The notes beneath the pieces were generated by a model. The model searched no databases, was not told where the DNA came from, and saw nothing but the letters and a program-made list of their open reading frames with translations. A program made the position numbers and the translations under genes. From Eledone cirrhosa (taxonomy: Eukaryota): a stretch of 64,000 nt of DNA. Shown piece after piece: positions 27,893 through 42,399 of the stretch. How positions within the stretch are numbered: the first letter of the stretch is position 1; each line of letters starts with the position of its first letter. The DNA is taken from NCBI GenBank assembly GCA_964016885.1, contig OZ024763.1:2232001-2296000 (forward strand), in the 5' to 3' direction.

Positions 27893-28249
27893 TATAATTA
27901 TACATATATATTATAAATGTTGAAATGGTAAGAGCTCAGCCGTTGGGTCCCAACTCTTTATAATATAACTATACTCTACTACCCCAAGTATTGAGTACTC
28001 TGTTGAATAATGGTCTAACTGGTTTTAAACTGATTCCATACTGTTATATATATATATATATATATATATATGCATATGTATGTGTATGTATTAATGTATG
28101 TGTGTATATACTTATATATATAATATATGTGTATATATATTTAGATATTATATATATATCAGTTATACTCCTTTTAATAAATTTACATTCATTTTAACAG
28201 GGATTCTCGTTTTAATCTAAATCTAATTTCAGTTCACTCCCACCACCCT

Positions 28250-28795
28250 TTCTTCCCTCACATTCTCTCTCTCCCTCTCTCTCTCTCCACTCTCTCTCAC
28301 TCACTCCCTCTTTCTCTCATCTCTGCCTCTCTCTCTTTCTTCTCCCTCTCTCTCTCTTTCTTCTCCCTCTCTCCCTCTCTCTCTCCCTTTCTTCTCCCCC
28401 TCTCTCTCCACTCGCTCCCCACTCTCTCACTCCCTCTTTCTCTCATCTCTGCCTCTCTCTCTTTCTTCTCCCTCTCTCCCTCTCTCTCTTTCTTCTCCCT
28501 CTCTCCCTCTCTCTCTTTCTTCTCCCTCTCTCCTCCCTCTCTCTTTCTTCTCCCTCTCTCCTCCCTCTCTCCCTTTCTTCTTCCTCTCTCTCTCCACTTG
28601 CTCCCCTCTCTCTCACTCCCTCCCCTCTCTCTCTCACTCCCTCCCCTCTCTCTCACTCCCTCCCCTCTCTCTCACTCCCTCCCCTCTCTCCCTCTTTCTC
28701 ACATCTCTGCCTCCCTCTCTTTCTTCTTCCACTCTCTCCCTCCCTCTCACCACTCTCACGTCTCCTTCTCCCCCCCCCCCTTCCCCCTTTCTCTT
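28250..28795. repeat. CT-rich polypyrimidine tract
   Basis: Direct inspection. Confidence 0.9.
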
Positions 28796-29425
28796 TAACA
28801 CTTAAGTTCAGTAATATCTGTTTTCTATCTCCTACCCACATTTAACTAACCAATATCCCCCTCCACCATCATCTCCCCCCTTCCTCCCTCCTACCACCCC
28901 CATTTAACCAATATACCCTGCCACCATCCCCTCCCCCTCCTTCCAACATTTAACCAATATCCCCCCCCCCACCCACCATTTAGTTAACCAATATACTATC
29001 ATCACCTCTTCGCCCCCTCTCTCTATATCTCCTCCCCCTTCCTTCCACCCACCTCCTCCCCCTCTCTCACTATATCTCCCCCCTCCTCCCCCTCCAATTT
29101 ACATCAAAGCCCCAGAAATCCATTAATGGTTTTATTGGTATTGACCCATGATTCAGCTATTGTTAAGCAGCCTGGTGGTTGGTGTATATACGGTGGTATA
29201 TACACCATATGTATGTATATATACATACATATGCATATATATATATATACATACATATACACATATATATATGTATATGTATGATGATGATTATATATAT
29301 ATATGTATATATATATGATGTTGATATTATGTATATATATATATGTATATGCAGAGGATATATATATATACATATATATATGTACATATATATATATACA
29401 TATATATATACTTATATATATGTAC

Positions 29426-29456
<31 letters not shown>

Positions 29457-29653
29457 CTTATATATATGTACATATATATATATATACATATATATATGTA
29501 CATATATATATGTATATATATATATATACACATATATACATATATATATATATATATATACTTATATATATGTACATATATATATATATACATATATATA
29601 TGTACATATATATATGTATATATATATATACACATATATACATATATATACAC

Positions 29654-29711
<58 letters not shown>

Positions 29712-29781
29712 CCGCCAACCAGGATGCTCAACAATATGTATGTATGTATGTATCAGCATGTGACTATACATATGTATGTAT

Positions 29782-29816
<35 letters not shown>

Positions 29817-29827
29817 TAGATATAGGA

Positions 29828-29892
<65 letters not shown>

Positions 29893-30339
29893 TTCCTATA
29901 TACATATATATATATATATATGTCTAGATAAGTTTGGCTGTATATAAAGAGAGTGACATGCCACACACTGCTGAGTCATCTCTTTCTCTTCTACTATACA
30001 TCAAAGCCACCACCATCACCACCACCATCACACCACCACCACCACCACACCACCACTACCACCACACCACTACCATCACCACCACACCACCACACCACCA
30101 ACAACACCACTACTACCATCTTACTCAAATTCACCAACACCGACACACACACACAAATCAATCTATAATCAATCAGTTTGTGATTCGACCATTCACTCTC
30201 CTCAAAATAGACGCTGGTCTGTGGAATGAGATTATGGCGCTTTTTGTGTTTTTTTCTCTTGTTATTGCCAGAATCTCATTAAGGAAGATAGTAAAGGAAA
30301 AACTATAAAACCTCGATGAAAAAAATGTTGTTTTTTTAA

Positions 30340-31500
30340 AGTCCGTCTATTGTTCAATAATGTGTTTGCCCCTTCCCTAGTTTTTATATAACTTTGTTTT
30401 GTCCAGCCCCCACAAGTATTGCAACCTCTACATTTATAACATTTACTGTATTGTGTATTACAAGTCCTTCTGACTAATACCGGAGTCATTATCCTTACTA
30501 ATACAAAGACCGAGGATTAGTAATTCAGTTCCCAACAAGTACAGATCCTGTTGAGGAGAAAATGTCATTAGAAAAATAGTTTTGCTCCTTCCCAAGTCTT
30601 TACAGTCTGAGTTCAGATCCCAACAGATTCAGATCTTGTTGAGAGGGAAAACATTGAAAGAAAAATGGTTTTGCCCTTTCCCTAGTTTTTAGATAACTTT
30701 GTTTTGTCCAGCCCCCACAAGTCTCGCGACCTCTACATTTATAACATTTGTTCTATGAAGTATTACAAGTCCTTGTGACTAATAAAGGAATAGTTATCTT
30801 TACTAATACGAAGATGGGAGGATTAGTATCGTTAGCACATTCTGTAAAATGTCATTGTGGTATTTGATCTGGCTCTTTAAAGTCTGGTTTTAAATTCCAA
30901 CAAGTTCAAACCCTGTTGAGGGAGAACACATCATCACCGTTTAACATCCATTTTTCCATGCTAGCATGGGTTAGATGGGTTGTCTCGTTTGAGACAATTT
31001 GGGTTAGGTGACCATGTGTTGCTCATACAGAACTGTTTCTTGCTTGGTTTCTATGACTAGATGTCCTTTCTAATGCCAACCACATTTGTAGTGTGTGTGC
31101 TGGTTGCTTTTTGCCATGATACATGCACAATCACTTTACAGTGTGGGCTGGGTGCTATGGAAGGAAAAATCGTTTTGCCCCTTCCCTAGTTTTTATATAA
31201 CTTTGTTTTGTCCACCCCCCACAACTATTGCGATCTCTACATTTATAACATTTGCTGTATTGTGTATTACAAGTCCTTCTGACTAATACAGGAGTCATTA
31301 TCTTACTAATACAAAGATGGGAGGATTAGTAGTTGGAATATTTTATAAAATACCATTAGGGTATTTGTTCCAACTCTTTAGAGTCTGGTATCAGATCCCA
31401 AGTTCAAATCCTGTTGAGGCATAAAACATCATTAGAAAAATGGTTTTGCCCCTTTCCTAGTTTTTAGATAACTAATATAGGAGTCATTATCCTTAGTAGT
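30340..31500. repeat. Diverged tandem repeat of about 300 bp, 3 copies plus a partial, one interrupted by an RTE 3' end at about 30930-31155
   Basis: GCCCYTTCCCTAGTTTTTA-like anchor at about 30368, 30673, 31177 and 31448. Confidence 0.8.
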
Positions 31501-31581
31501 ACATGGGTGGTGGATTGGCAGCAATCTTGAAAGGGGTTTAAGGAGTTGAAGAACATCAGATGTTGGCACCACCGCCACAGG

Positions 31582-34500
31582 CGGGTTTGACAAGAGACCC
31601 CAGCACACCAAATGTTTTGACCAGCATGGGTTTGACAAGAGACCCCAGGACACCAAATGTTTTGACCAACATGGGTTTGACAAGAGACAGAAAGCAGTTG
31701 ACAATTGGCATGGGTTTGACAAGAGACCCCAGGACACCAAATGTTTTGACCAACATGGGTTTGACAAGAGACAGAAAGCAGTTGACAATTGGCATGGGTT
31801 TGACAAGAGACCCCAGGACACCAAATGTTTTGACCAACATGGGTTTGACAAGAGACAGAAAGCAGTTGACAATTGGCATGGGTTTGACAAGAGACCCCAG
31901 GACACCAAATGTTTTGACCAACATGGGTTTGACAAGAGACAGAAAGCAGTTGACAATTGGCATGGGTTTGACAAGAGACCCCAGGACACCAAATGTTTTG
32001 ACCAACATGGGTTTGACAAGAGACAGAAAGCAGTTGACAATTGGCATGGGTTTGACAAGAGACCCCAGGACACCAAATGTTTTGACCAGCATGGGTTTGA
32101 CAAGTGACCCCAGGACACCAAATGTTTTAACCAGCATGGGTTTGACAAGAGACCCCAGGACACCAAATGTTTTAACCAGCATGGGTTTGACAAGAGACCC
32201 CAAGACACCAAATGTTTTGACCAGCATGGGTTTGACAAGAGACCCCCAGGACACCAAATGTTTTGACCAACATGGGTTTGACAAGAGACCCCAGGACACC
32301 AAATGTTTTGACCAGCATGGGTTTGACAAGAGACCCCCAGGACACCAAATGTTTTGACCAGCATGGGTTTGACAAGAGACCCCCAGGACACCAAATGTTT
32401 TGACCAACATGGGTTTGACAAGAGACCCCCAGGACACCAAATGTTTTGACCAACATGGGTTTGACAAGAGACCCCCAGGACACCAAATGTTTTGACCAAC
32501 ATGGGTTTGACAAGAGACCCCCAGGACACCAAATGTTTTGACCAGCATGGGTTTGACAAGAGACCCCCAGGACACCAAATGTTTTGACCAACATGGGTTT
32601 GACAAGAGACCCCCAGGACACCAAATGTTTTGACCAGCATGGGTTTGACAAGAGACCCCCAGGACACCAAATGTTTTGACCAACATGGGTTTGACAAGAG
32701 ACAGAAAGCAGTTGACAATTGGCATGGGTTTGACAAGAGACCCCAGGACACCAAATGTTTTGACCAACATGGGTTTGACAAGGGACCCCCAGGACACCAA
32801 ATGTTTTGACCAGCATGGGTTTGACAAGAGACCCCCAGGACACCAAATGTTTTAACCAGCATGGGTTTGACAAGAGACCCCCAGGACACCAAATGTTTTG
32901 ACCAGCATGGGTTTGACAAGAGACCCCCAGGACACCAAATGTTTTGACCAACATGGGTTTGACAAGAGACCCCCAGGACACCAAATGTTTTGACCAGCAT
33001 GGGTTTGACAAGAGACCCCCAGGACACCAAATGTTTTAACCAGCATGGGTTTGACAAGAGACCCCAAGACACCAAATGTTTTGACCAGCATGGGTTTGAC
33101 AAGAGACCCCCAGGACACCAAATGTTTTGACCAGCATGGGTTTGACAAGAGACCCCCAGGACACCAAATGTTTTGACCAGCATGGGTTTGACAAGAGACC
33201 CCCAGGACACCAAATGTTTTGACCAGCATGGGTTTGACAAGAGACCCCCAGGACACCAAATGTTTTGACCAGCATGGGTTTGACAAGAGACCCCAAGACA
33301 CCAAATGTTTTGACCAACATGGGTTTGACAAGAGACCCCCAGGACACCAAATGTTTTGACCAACATGGGTTTGACAAGAGACCCCCAGGACACCAAATGT
33401 TTTAACCAGCATGGGTTTGGCAAGAGACCCCAAGACACCAAATGTTTTGACCAACATGGGTTTGACAAGAGACCCCCAGGACACCAAATGTTTTGACCAA
33501 CATGGGTTTGACAAGAGACCCCCAGGACACCAAATGTTTTGACCAGCATGGGTTTGACAAGAGACCCCCAGGACACCAAATGTTTTGACCAACATGGGTT
33601 TGACAAGAGACCCCCAGGACACCAAATGTTTTGACCAGCATGGGTTTGACAAGAGACCCCCAGGACACCAAATGTTTTGACCAACATGGGTTTGACAAGA
33701 GACCCCCAGGACACCAAATGTTTTGACCAGCATGGGTTTGACAAGAGACCCCCAGGACACCAAATGTTTTGACCAACATGGGTTTGACAAGAGACAGAAA
33801 GCAGTTGACAATTGGCATGGGTTTGACAAGAGACCCCAGGACACCAAATGTTTTGACCAACATGGGTTTGACAAGGGACCCCCAGGACACCAAATGTTTT
33901 GACCAGCATGGGTTTGACAAGAGACCCCCAGGACACCAAATGTTTTGACCAACATGGGTTTGACAAGAGACCCCCAGGACACCAAATGTTTTGACCAACA
34001 TGGGTTTGACAAGAGACAGAAAGCAGTTGACAATTGGCATGGGTTTGACAAGAGACCCCAGGACACCAAATGTTTTGACCAACATGGGTTTGACAAGGGA
34101 CCCCCAGGACACCAAATGTTTTGACCAACATGGGTTTGACAAGAGACCCCAGGACACCAAATGTTTTGACCAACATGGGTTTGACAAGAGACCCCAGGAC
34201 ACCAAATGTTTTAACCAGCATGAGTTTGACAAGAGACCCCAGGACACCAAATGTTTTGACCAACATGGGTTTGACAAGAGACCCCCAGGACACCAAATGT
34301 TTTGACCAACATGGGTTTGACAAGAGACCCTCAGGACACCAAATGTTTTGACCAGCATGGGTTTGACAAGAGACCCCCAGGACACCAAATGTTTTGACCA
34401 ACATGGGTTTGACAAGGGACCCCCAGGACACCAAATGTTTTGACCAACATGGGTTTGACAAGAGACCCCAGGACACCAAATGTTTTGACCAACATGGGTT

Positions 34501-37500
34501 TGACAAGAGACCCCAGGACACCAAATGTTTTAACCAGCATGAGTTTGACAAGAGACCCCAGGACACCAAATGTTTTGACCAACATGGGTTTGACAAGAGA
34601 CCCCCAGGACACCAAATGTTTTGACCAACATGGGTTTGACAAGAGACCCCCAGGACACCAAATGTTTTGACCAGCATGGGTTTGACAAGAGACCCCCAGG
34701 ACACCAAATGTTTTGACCAGCATGGGTTTGACAAGAGACCCCCAGGACACCAAATGTTTTAACCAGCATGGGTTTGACAAGAGACCCCAAGACACCAAAT
34801 GTTTTGACCAGCATGGGTTTGACAAGAGACCCCCAGGACACCAAATGTTTTGACCAGCATGGGTTTGACAAGAGACCCCCAGGACACCAAATGTTTTGAC
34901 CAGCATGGGTTTGACAAGAGACCCCCAGGACACCAAATGTTTTGACCAGCATGGGTTTGACAAGAGACCCCCAGGACACCAAATGTTTTGACCAGCATGG
35001 GTTTGACAAGAGACCCCAGGACACCAAATGTTTTGACCAACATGGGTTTGACAAGAGACCCCCAGGACACCAAATGTTTTGACCAACATGGGTTTGACAA
35101 GAGACCCCCAGGACACCAAATGTTTTAACCAGCATGGGTTTGACAAGAGACCCCAAGACACCAAATGTTTTGACCAACATGGGTTTGACAAGAGACCCCC
35201 AGGACACCAAATGTTTTGACCAACATGGGTTTGACAAGAGACCCCCAGGACACCAAATGTTTTGACCAGCATGGGTTTGACAAGAGACCCCCAGGACACC
35301 AAATGTTTTGACCAACATGGGTTTGACAAGAGACCCCCAGGACACCAAATGTTTTGACCAGCATGGGTTTGACAAGAGACCCCCAGGACACCAAATGTTT
35401 TGACCAACATGGGTTTGACAAGAGACCCCCAGGACACCAAATGTTTTGACCAGCATGGGTTTGACAAGAGACCCCCAGGACACCAAATGTTTTGACCAAC
35501 ATGGGTTTGACAAGAGACAGAAAGCAGTTGACAATTGGCATGGGTTTGACAAGAGACCCCAGGACACCAAATGTTTTGACCAACATGGGTTTGACAAGGG
35601 ACCCCCAGGACACCAAATGTTTTGACCAGCATGGGTTTGACAAGAGACCCCCAGGACACCAAATGTTTTGACCAACATGGGTTTGACAAGAGACCCCCAG
35701 GACACCAAATGTTTTGACCAACATGGGTTTGACAAGAGACAGAAAGCAGTTGACAATTGGCATGGGTTTGACAAGAGACCCCAGGACACCAAATGTTTTG
35801 ACCAACATGGGTTTGACAAGGGACCCCCAGGACACCAAATGTTTTGACCAACATGGGTTTGACAAGAGACCCCAGGACACCAAATGTTTTGACCAACATG
35901 GGTTTGACAAGAGACCCCAGGACACCAAATGTTTTAACCAGCATGAGTTTGACAAGAGACCCCAGGACACCAAATGTTTTGACCAACATGGGTTTGACAA
36001 GAGACCCCCAGGACACCAAATGTTTTGACCAACATGGGTTTGACAAGAGACCCCCAGGACACCAAATGTTTTGACCAGCATGGGTTTGACAAGAGACCCC
36101 CAGGACACCAAATGTTTTGACCAACATGGGTTTGACAAGGGACCCCCAGGACACCAAATGTTTTGACCAACATGGGTTTGACAAGAGACCCCAGGACACC
36201 AAATGTTTTGACCAACATGGGTTTGACAAGAGACCCCAGGACACCAAATGTTTTAACCAGCATGAGTTTGACAAGAGACCCCAGGACACCAAATGTTTTG
36301 ACCAACATGGGTTTGACAAGAGACCCCCAGGACACCAAATGTTTTGACCAACATGGGTTTGACAAGAGACCCCCAGGACACCAAATGTTTTGACCAGCAT
36401 GGGTTTGACAAGAGACCCCCAGGACACCAAATGTTTTGACCAACATGGGTTTGACAAGAGACCCCCAGGACACCAAATGTTTTGACCAGCATGGGTTTGA
36501 CAAGAGACCCCCAGGACACCAAATGTTTTGACCAACATGGGTTTGACAAGAGACCCCCAGGACACCAAATGTTTTGACCAACATGGGTTTGACAAGAGAC
36601 CCCAGGACACCAAATGTTTTGACCAACATGGTTTTGACAAGAGACAGAAAGCAGTTGACAATTGTTTCTACTTTTGGCGCAAGGCCAGCAAATACCCCAG
36701 TGTATTACTGGTACTTTATTTTATCGACTCCGTAAGGCTGAAAGGCAATGTTAACCTCGGCGGGATTTGAACGCAGACCATAAAGGGCCGTAACTCATTG
36801 CTGCCAAGCATGACGTCCAACCCTCTACCGATACTGCCAATCCACCGCTCTACCGAAAGAGGTCAATATAATGTTAGTTTGTGATATTGGAGGTGGCTCA
36901 AGAGACCCCAGGACACCAAATGTTTTGACCAACATGGGTTTGACAAGAGTCCCCAGGACACCTAATGTTTTGACCAGCATGGGTTTGACAAGAGACCCCC
37001 AGGACACCAAATGTTTTGACCAACATGGGTTTGACAAGAGACCCCAGGACACCAAATGTTTTGACCAGCATGGGTTTGACAAGAGACCCCAAGACACCAA
37101 ATGTTTTGACCAGCATGGGTTTGACAAGAGACCCCCAGGACACCAAATGTTTTGACCAACATGGGTTTGACAAGAGACCCCAGGACACCAAATGTTTTGA
37201 CCAACATGGGTTTGACAAGAGACAGAAAGCAGTTGACAATTGTTTCTACTTTTGGCACAAGGCCAGCAAATACCCCAGTGTATTACTGGTACTTTATTTT
37301 ATTACTGGTACTTTATTTTAAGGATGAAAGGCAATGTTAACCTCGGCATGGGTTTGACAAGAGACCCCAGGACACCAAATGTTTTGACCAGCATGGGTTT
37401 GACAAGAGACCCCAGGACACCTAATGTTTTGACCAGCATGGGTTTGACAAGAGACCCCAGGACACCTAATGTTTTGACCAGCATGGGTTTGACAAGAGAC

Positions 37501-39370
37501 CCCAGGACACCAAATGTTTTGACCAGCATGGGTTTGACAAGAGACCCCAGGACACCAAATGTTTTAACCAGCATGGGTTTGACAAGAGACCCCCAGGACA
37601 CCAAATGTTTTGACCAGCATGGGTTTGACAAGAGACCCCAAGACACCAAATGTTTTGACCAGCATGGGTTTGACAAGAGACCCCCAGGACACCAAATGTT
37701 TTGACCAGCATGGGTTTGACAAGAGACCCCAGGACACCAAATGTTTTGACCAGCATGGGTTTGACAAGAGACCCCAGGACACCTAATGTTTTGACCAGCA
37801 TGGGTTTGACAAGAGACCCCAGGACACCAAATGTTTTGACCAGCATGGGTTTGACAAGAGACCCCAAGACACCAAATGTTTTGACCAGCATGGGTTTGAC
37901 AAGAGACCCCAAGACACCAAATGTTTTGACCAGCATGGGTTTGACAAGAGACCCCCAGGACACCAAATGTTTTGACCAACATGGGTTTGACAAGAGACCC
38001 CCAGGACACCAAATGTTTTGACCAGCATGGGTTTGACAAGAGACCCCCAGGACACCAAATGTTTTGACCAGCATGGGTTTGACAAGAGACCCCAAGACAC
38101 CAAATGTTTTGACCAGCATGGGTTTGACAAGAGACCCCAAGACACCAAATGTTTTGACCAGCATGGGTTTGACAAGAGACCCCAAGACACCAAATGTTTT
38201 GACCAGCATGGGTTTGACAAGAGACCCCCAGGACACCAAATGTTTTGACCAACATGGGTTTGACAAGAGACAGAAAGCAGTTGACAATTGTTTCTACTTT
38301 TGGCACAAGGCCAGCAAATACCCCAGTGTATTACTGGTACTTTATTTTATTACTGGTACTTTATTTTAAGGATGAAAGGCAATGTTAACCTCGGCATGGG
38401 TTTGACAAGAGACCCCAGGACACCAAATGTTTTGACCAGCATGGGTTTGACAAGAGACCCCAGGACACCTAATGTTTTGACCAGCATGGGTTTGACAAGA
38501 GACCCCAGGACACCAAATGTTTTGACCAGCATGGGTTTGACAAGAGACCCCAAGACACCAAATGTTTTGACCAGCATGGGTTTGACAAGAGACCCCAGGA
38601 CACCTAATGTTTTGACCAGCATGGGTTTGACAAGAGACCCCAGGACACCAAATGTTTTGACCAGCATGGGTTTGACAAGAGACCCCAGGACACCTAATGT
38701 TTTGACCAGCATGGGTTTGACAAGAGACCCCAGGACACCAAATGTTTTGACCAGCATGGGTTTGACAAGAGACCCCAGGACACCTAATGTTTTGACCAGC
38801 ATGGGTTTGACAAGAGACCCCAGGACACCAAATGTTTTGACCAGCATGGGTTTGACAAGAGACCCCAAGACACCAAATGTTTTGACCAGCATGGGTTTGA
38901 CAAGAGACCCCCAGGACACCAAATGTTTTGACCAGCATGGGTTTGACAAGAGACCCCCAGGACACCAAATGTTTTGACCAACATGGGTTTGACAAGAGAC
39001 AGAAAGCAGTTGACAATTGTTTCTACTTTTGGCACAAGGCCAGCAAATACCCCAGTGTATTACTGGTACTTTATTTTATTACTGGTACTTTATTTTAAGG
39101 ATGAAAGGCAATGTTAACCTCGGCATGGGTTTGACAAGAGACCCCAGGACACCAAATGTTTTGACCAGCATGGGTTTGACAAGAGACCCCAAGACACCAA
39201 ATGTTTTGACCAGCATGGGTTTGACAAGAGACCCCAGGACACCAAATGTTTTGACCAGCATGGGTTTGACAAGAGACCCCAGGACACCAAATGTTTTAAC
39301 CAGCATGGGTTTGACAAGAGACCCCAGGACACCTAATGTTTTGACCAGCATGGGTTTGACAAGAGACCCT
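31582..39370. repeat. 45/46-bp satellite array of about 7.8 kb with higher-order structure
   Basis: Unit CATGGGTTTGACAAGAGACCCC(C)AGGACACCAAATGTTTTGACCA(A/G). Confidence 0.98.
36660..36850 (-). mobile_element. SINE family 2 copy inside the satellite; truncated copies at 37240, 38288 and 39017
   Basis: Minus strand head GGTGGATTGGCAGTATCGGTAGAG, B box GTTCAAATCC, Meta-like core. Confidence 0.8.
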
Positions 39371-40315
39371 ATCTATAAGAGAGCAGTTGGTACTTTATCA
39401 GTTTGTGAGCCTCTTCTGCCTGTTGTGACAAACTCTGTGTTTGACACCAGTTTTAACAGATTGCTACTAGAGTCCTTTCCCAGAGCAGGTACTCACCACT
39501 TCGGAACAGGAAGAATGGGATGCCATTTAGTCTTTTGTTGTCTCCTCAGTCTAAACCTGGTTTTCATTGTTCCCACATAAACACATTCATACACATACAG
39601 TCACACACATTTATATACATACACATACACACAAGTATATATACACATACATACACACACACACACACATGTCCACATTCATATACATACATACACACAC
39701 ACATGTCCACATTCATATACATACATACACACACAAACATGTCCACATTCATATACATACATACACATACACACATGTCCACATTCATATACATACATAC
39801 ACATACATACATACACATACATATACACACATACATACACACACAAATCCACTCTCTTTTTTTCTCACTCTCTTCCACTCTCTCTCTCTCTTCTACTCTC
39901 TCTCTCTCTTCTACTCTCTCTCTCTCTTCCACTCTCTCTCTCTTCCACTCTCTCTCTCTTCTACTCTCTCTCTTCTCTCTCTCACAATGTCTCTTTCTCT
40001 CTCTAAATCTCTCTTCTCTCTCTCCACTATCTCACTCTTTCTCTTCTCTCAATCTCTTTTTCTCCCTCCCAGTCTCTCTCTCTCTCCCTTCCTCCCCCCC
40101 CCCCTCTCCCCCCCTCTCCCCCCCCTCTCCCCCTCTCTCCCTCCCTCTCTCCCTCTCTTTCTCCCTCCATCCCAGTCTCCCCTCCCTCCCTATCTCTCCC
40201 CCAGTTTCCCCTCTACCCCCCCCCCCCAGTCTCCCCTCCACCACCCACTTCTCCAGTCTTCACACATTCTATAAAATAGTCAACCACTAGCGTCATCCCT
40301 CTTCAGCCATTCATC

Positions 40316-40319
<4 letters not shown>

Positions 40320-40358
<39 letters not shown>

Positions 40359-41560
40359 CAGCAACAGCAGCTGCACCCGCATACACACACACACACACAC
40401 ATGCAGCAGCATACACACACACACACACACATACACACACACACATGCAGCAGCATACACACACACACACACACACACACCAGCAACAGCAGCTGCACCC
40501 ACATACACACACACACACCCATGCAGCAGCATACACACACACACATACACACACACACCAGCAACAGCAGCTGCACCCGCATACACACAGACACACACAC
40601 ACACACACACACACCCTTGCAGCAGCTGCACCCGCACACACACACACAGCAGCATACACACACACACACACACACAGCAGCATACACACACACACACACA
40701 CACGCAGCAGCATACACATACACACACACATATGCACTAATGCACACACTAATGTACAAACACACACACATAGCAGCTGCAGAAACAGCAGCGTGCACAC
40801 ACACACACAGCAACACACACCACCAGCAACAGCACATACACACACAGCAACACACACTATGCACACTCAGACACACACTCAGACACACAGACATCAACCA
40901 TGTGACTGTCCCCAGTAAAGTCTGCTGCAGCAGGTGACCTGTCTGTGTGTGAGAGGGGGAGATAGAGAGGGAGTGCGAGGAGAGAAAGAGAGTGAGTATG
41001 AGAGGGAGTGCGAGGAGAGAAAGAGAGATAGAGTGTGTGAGCGGGGGAGATAGGGAGTGAGTGAGAGGAGAGAAAGAGAGAGAGGGTGTGTGTGAGAGGG
41101 GGAGATAGAGAGGGAGTGAGAGGAGAGAAAGAGAGAGAGAGTGTGTGAGAGGGGGAGATAGGGAGTGAGTGAGAGGAGAGAAAGAGAGAGAGAGAGTGTG
41201 TGAGAGGGGGAGATAGGGAGTGAGTGAGAGGAGAGAAAGAGAGAGGGTGTGTGTGAGAGGGAGTGCGATGAGAGAAAGAGAGAGAGAGTGTGTGTGAGAA
41301 GGGGAGATAGGGAGGGAGTGAGAGAAGAGAGAGAGTGAAAAGGGGGAGAGAAAGAGAGAGAGAGTGTGTGTGAGAGAGAAGAGGAGGAGATAGAGAAAGA
41401 GAGTGTGTGAGAGGGGGAGATAGGGAGTGAGTGAGAGAGAGTGTGTGAGAGAAAGAGAGTGTGTGAGAGAGAGAGATAGAGAGAGAAAAAGATAGAGTGA
41501 AGGAGAGAGAAAGGGAGACGGAGTGAAGGGGAGAGAGAGAGAGCGAGAAAGCGAGAGAGA
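40320..41560. repeat. (CA)n with GCAGCAGC punctuation, then a GA-rich minisatellite
   Basis: Direct inspection. Confidence 0.9.
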
Positions 41561-41859
41561 AGGGGACATTCCGAAGCTTAGTCATGGTGTCTGTTGTAGG
41601 AGAGAGGGGGGGAGAGAAAAGTAGGAGGGGAGAGAGAGAGAGAGAGACATACTGACCAGTAATGACACACTCACATACATAATACCACACACTCACACAA
41701 AATGACACTCACATACACACAATACCACACACACACACTACCACAAAATGACAGACATACACACACTGACTTACACACAATTCCACACACTCACACTGAC
41801 TTACAATTACACACACACACACACACACCTCACACCCTTCCACCACTTGTTCATCTTAT

Positions 41860-41938
41860 TGTTTATTCTTATGTTTATTCTTATGTTTATTCTTATGTTT
41901 ATTCTTATGTTTATTCTTATGTTTATTCTTACGTTTAT
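41860..41938. repeat. 12-bp tandem repeat GTTTATTCTTAT
   Basis: About 6 copies. Confidence 0.95.
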
Positions 41939-42021
41939 TTTTATTTTTATTTGTTCTCCTTCCCCCTTTTTTCTAAATGTATTTCCACACACCCTCGGAA
42001 CTCTCTTCCTAACCTATTTAT

Positions 42022-42051
42022 CCTGAAGAAGGGCTTATGCCCGAAACGTCG
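42022..42051 (+). ncRNA. Minimal hammerhead core with eroded stem I
   Basis: CTGAAGA-A-GGGC(TTAT)GCCC-GAA-ACGT-C; downstream AGCGTGAACCTAATA resembles AGCGTTAATCTAATA after the 3868 motif. Confidence 0.55.
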
Positions 42052-42399
42052 CCCCTCCCCCCTCTCAAGAGCGTGAACCTAATAAACCTTTATTTGTCTG
42101 CCTCTCTGTTCTGTTCCCGTCTAAATTTCCACTATATATATATATATATCATCATCATCATTTTACCAACTTATGCAGCTTCATATGTAAATGAGATTAA
42201 TCACTTCACTTACACAGACAACAAAATCATATATTCACGCCTGTTTCCAAGTCCAGCAGTTGCAAAAGTGGGAGGAATCGTCCCGATGAGAACAAGTTCA
42301 GTTCAAAATACATCGACGATTGTCCTCCTTGCTTCTGCTGGACACTGCCGGGTGGTAATAGCTGCTGGTGTTTTTGCATAACTCTTCTTGTGACACTAA

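Noticed and set aside
31432-39580. Long ORFs up to 1100 aa
   Set aside because: Translations of the 45/46-bp satellite, open in several frames and switching peptide with C-run length.
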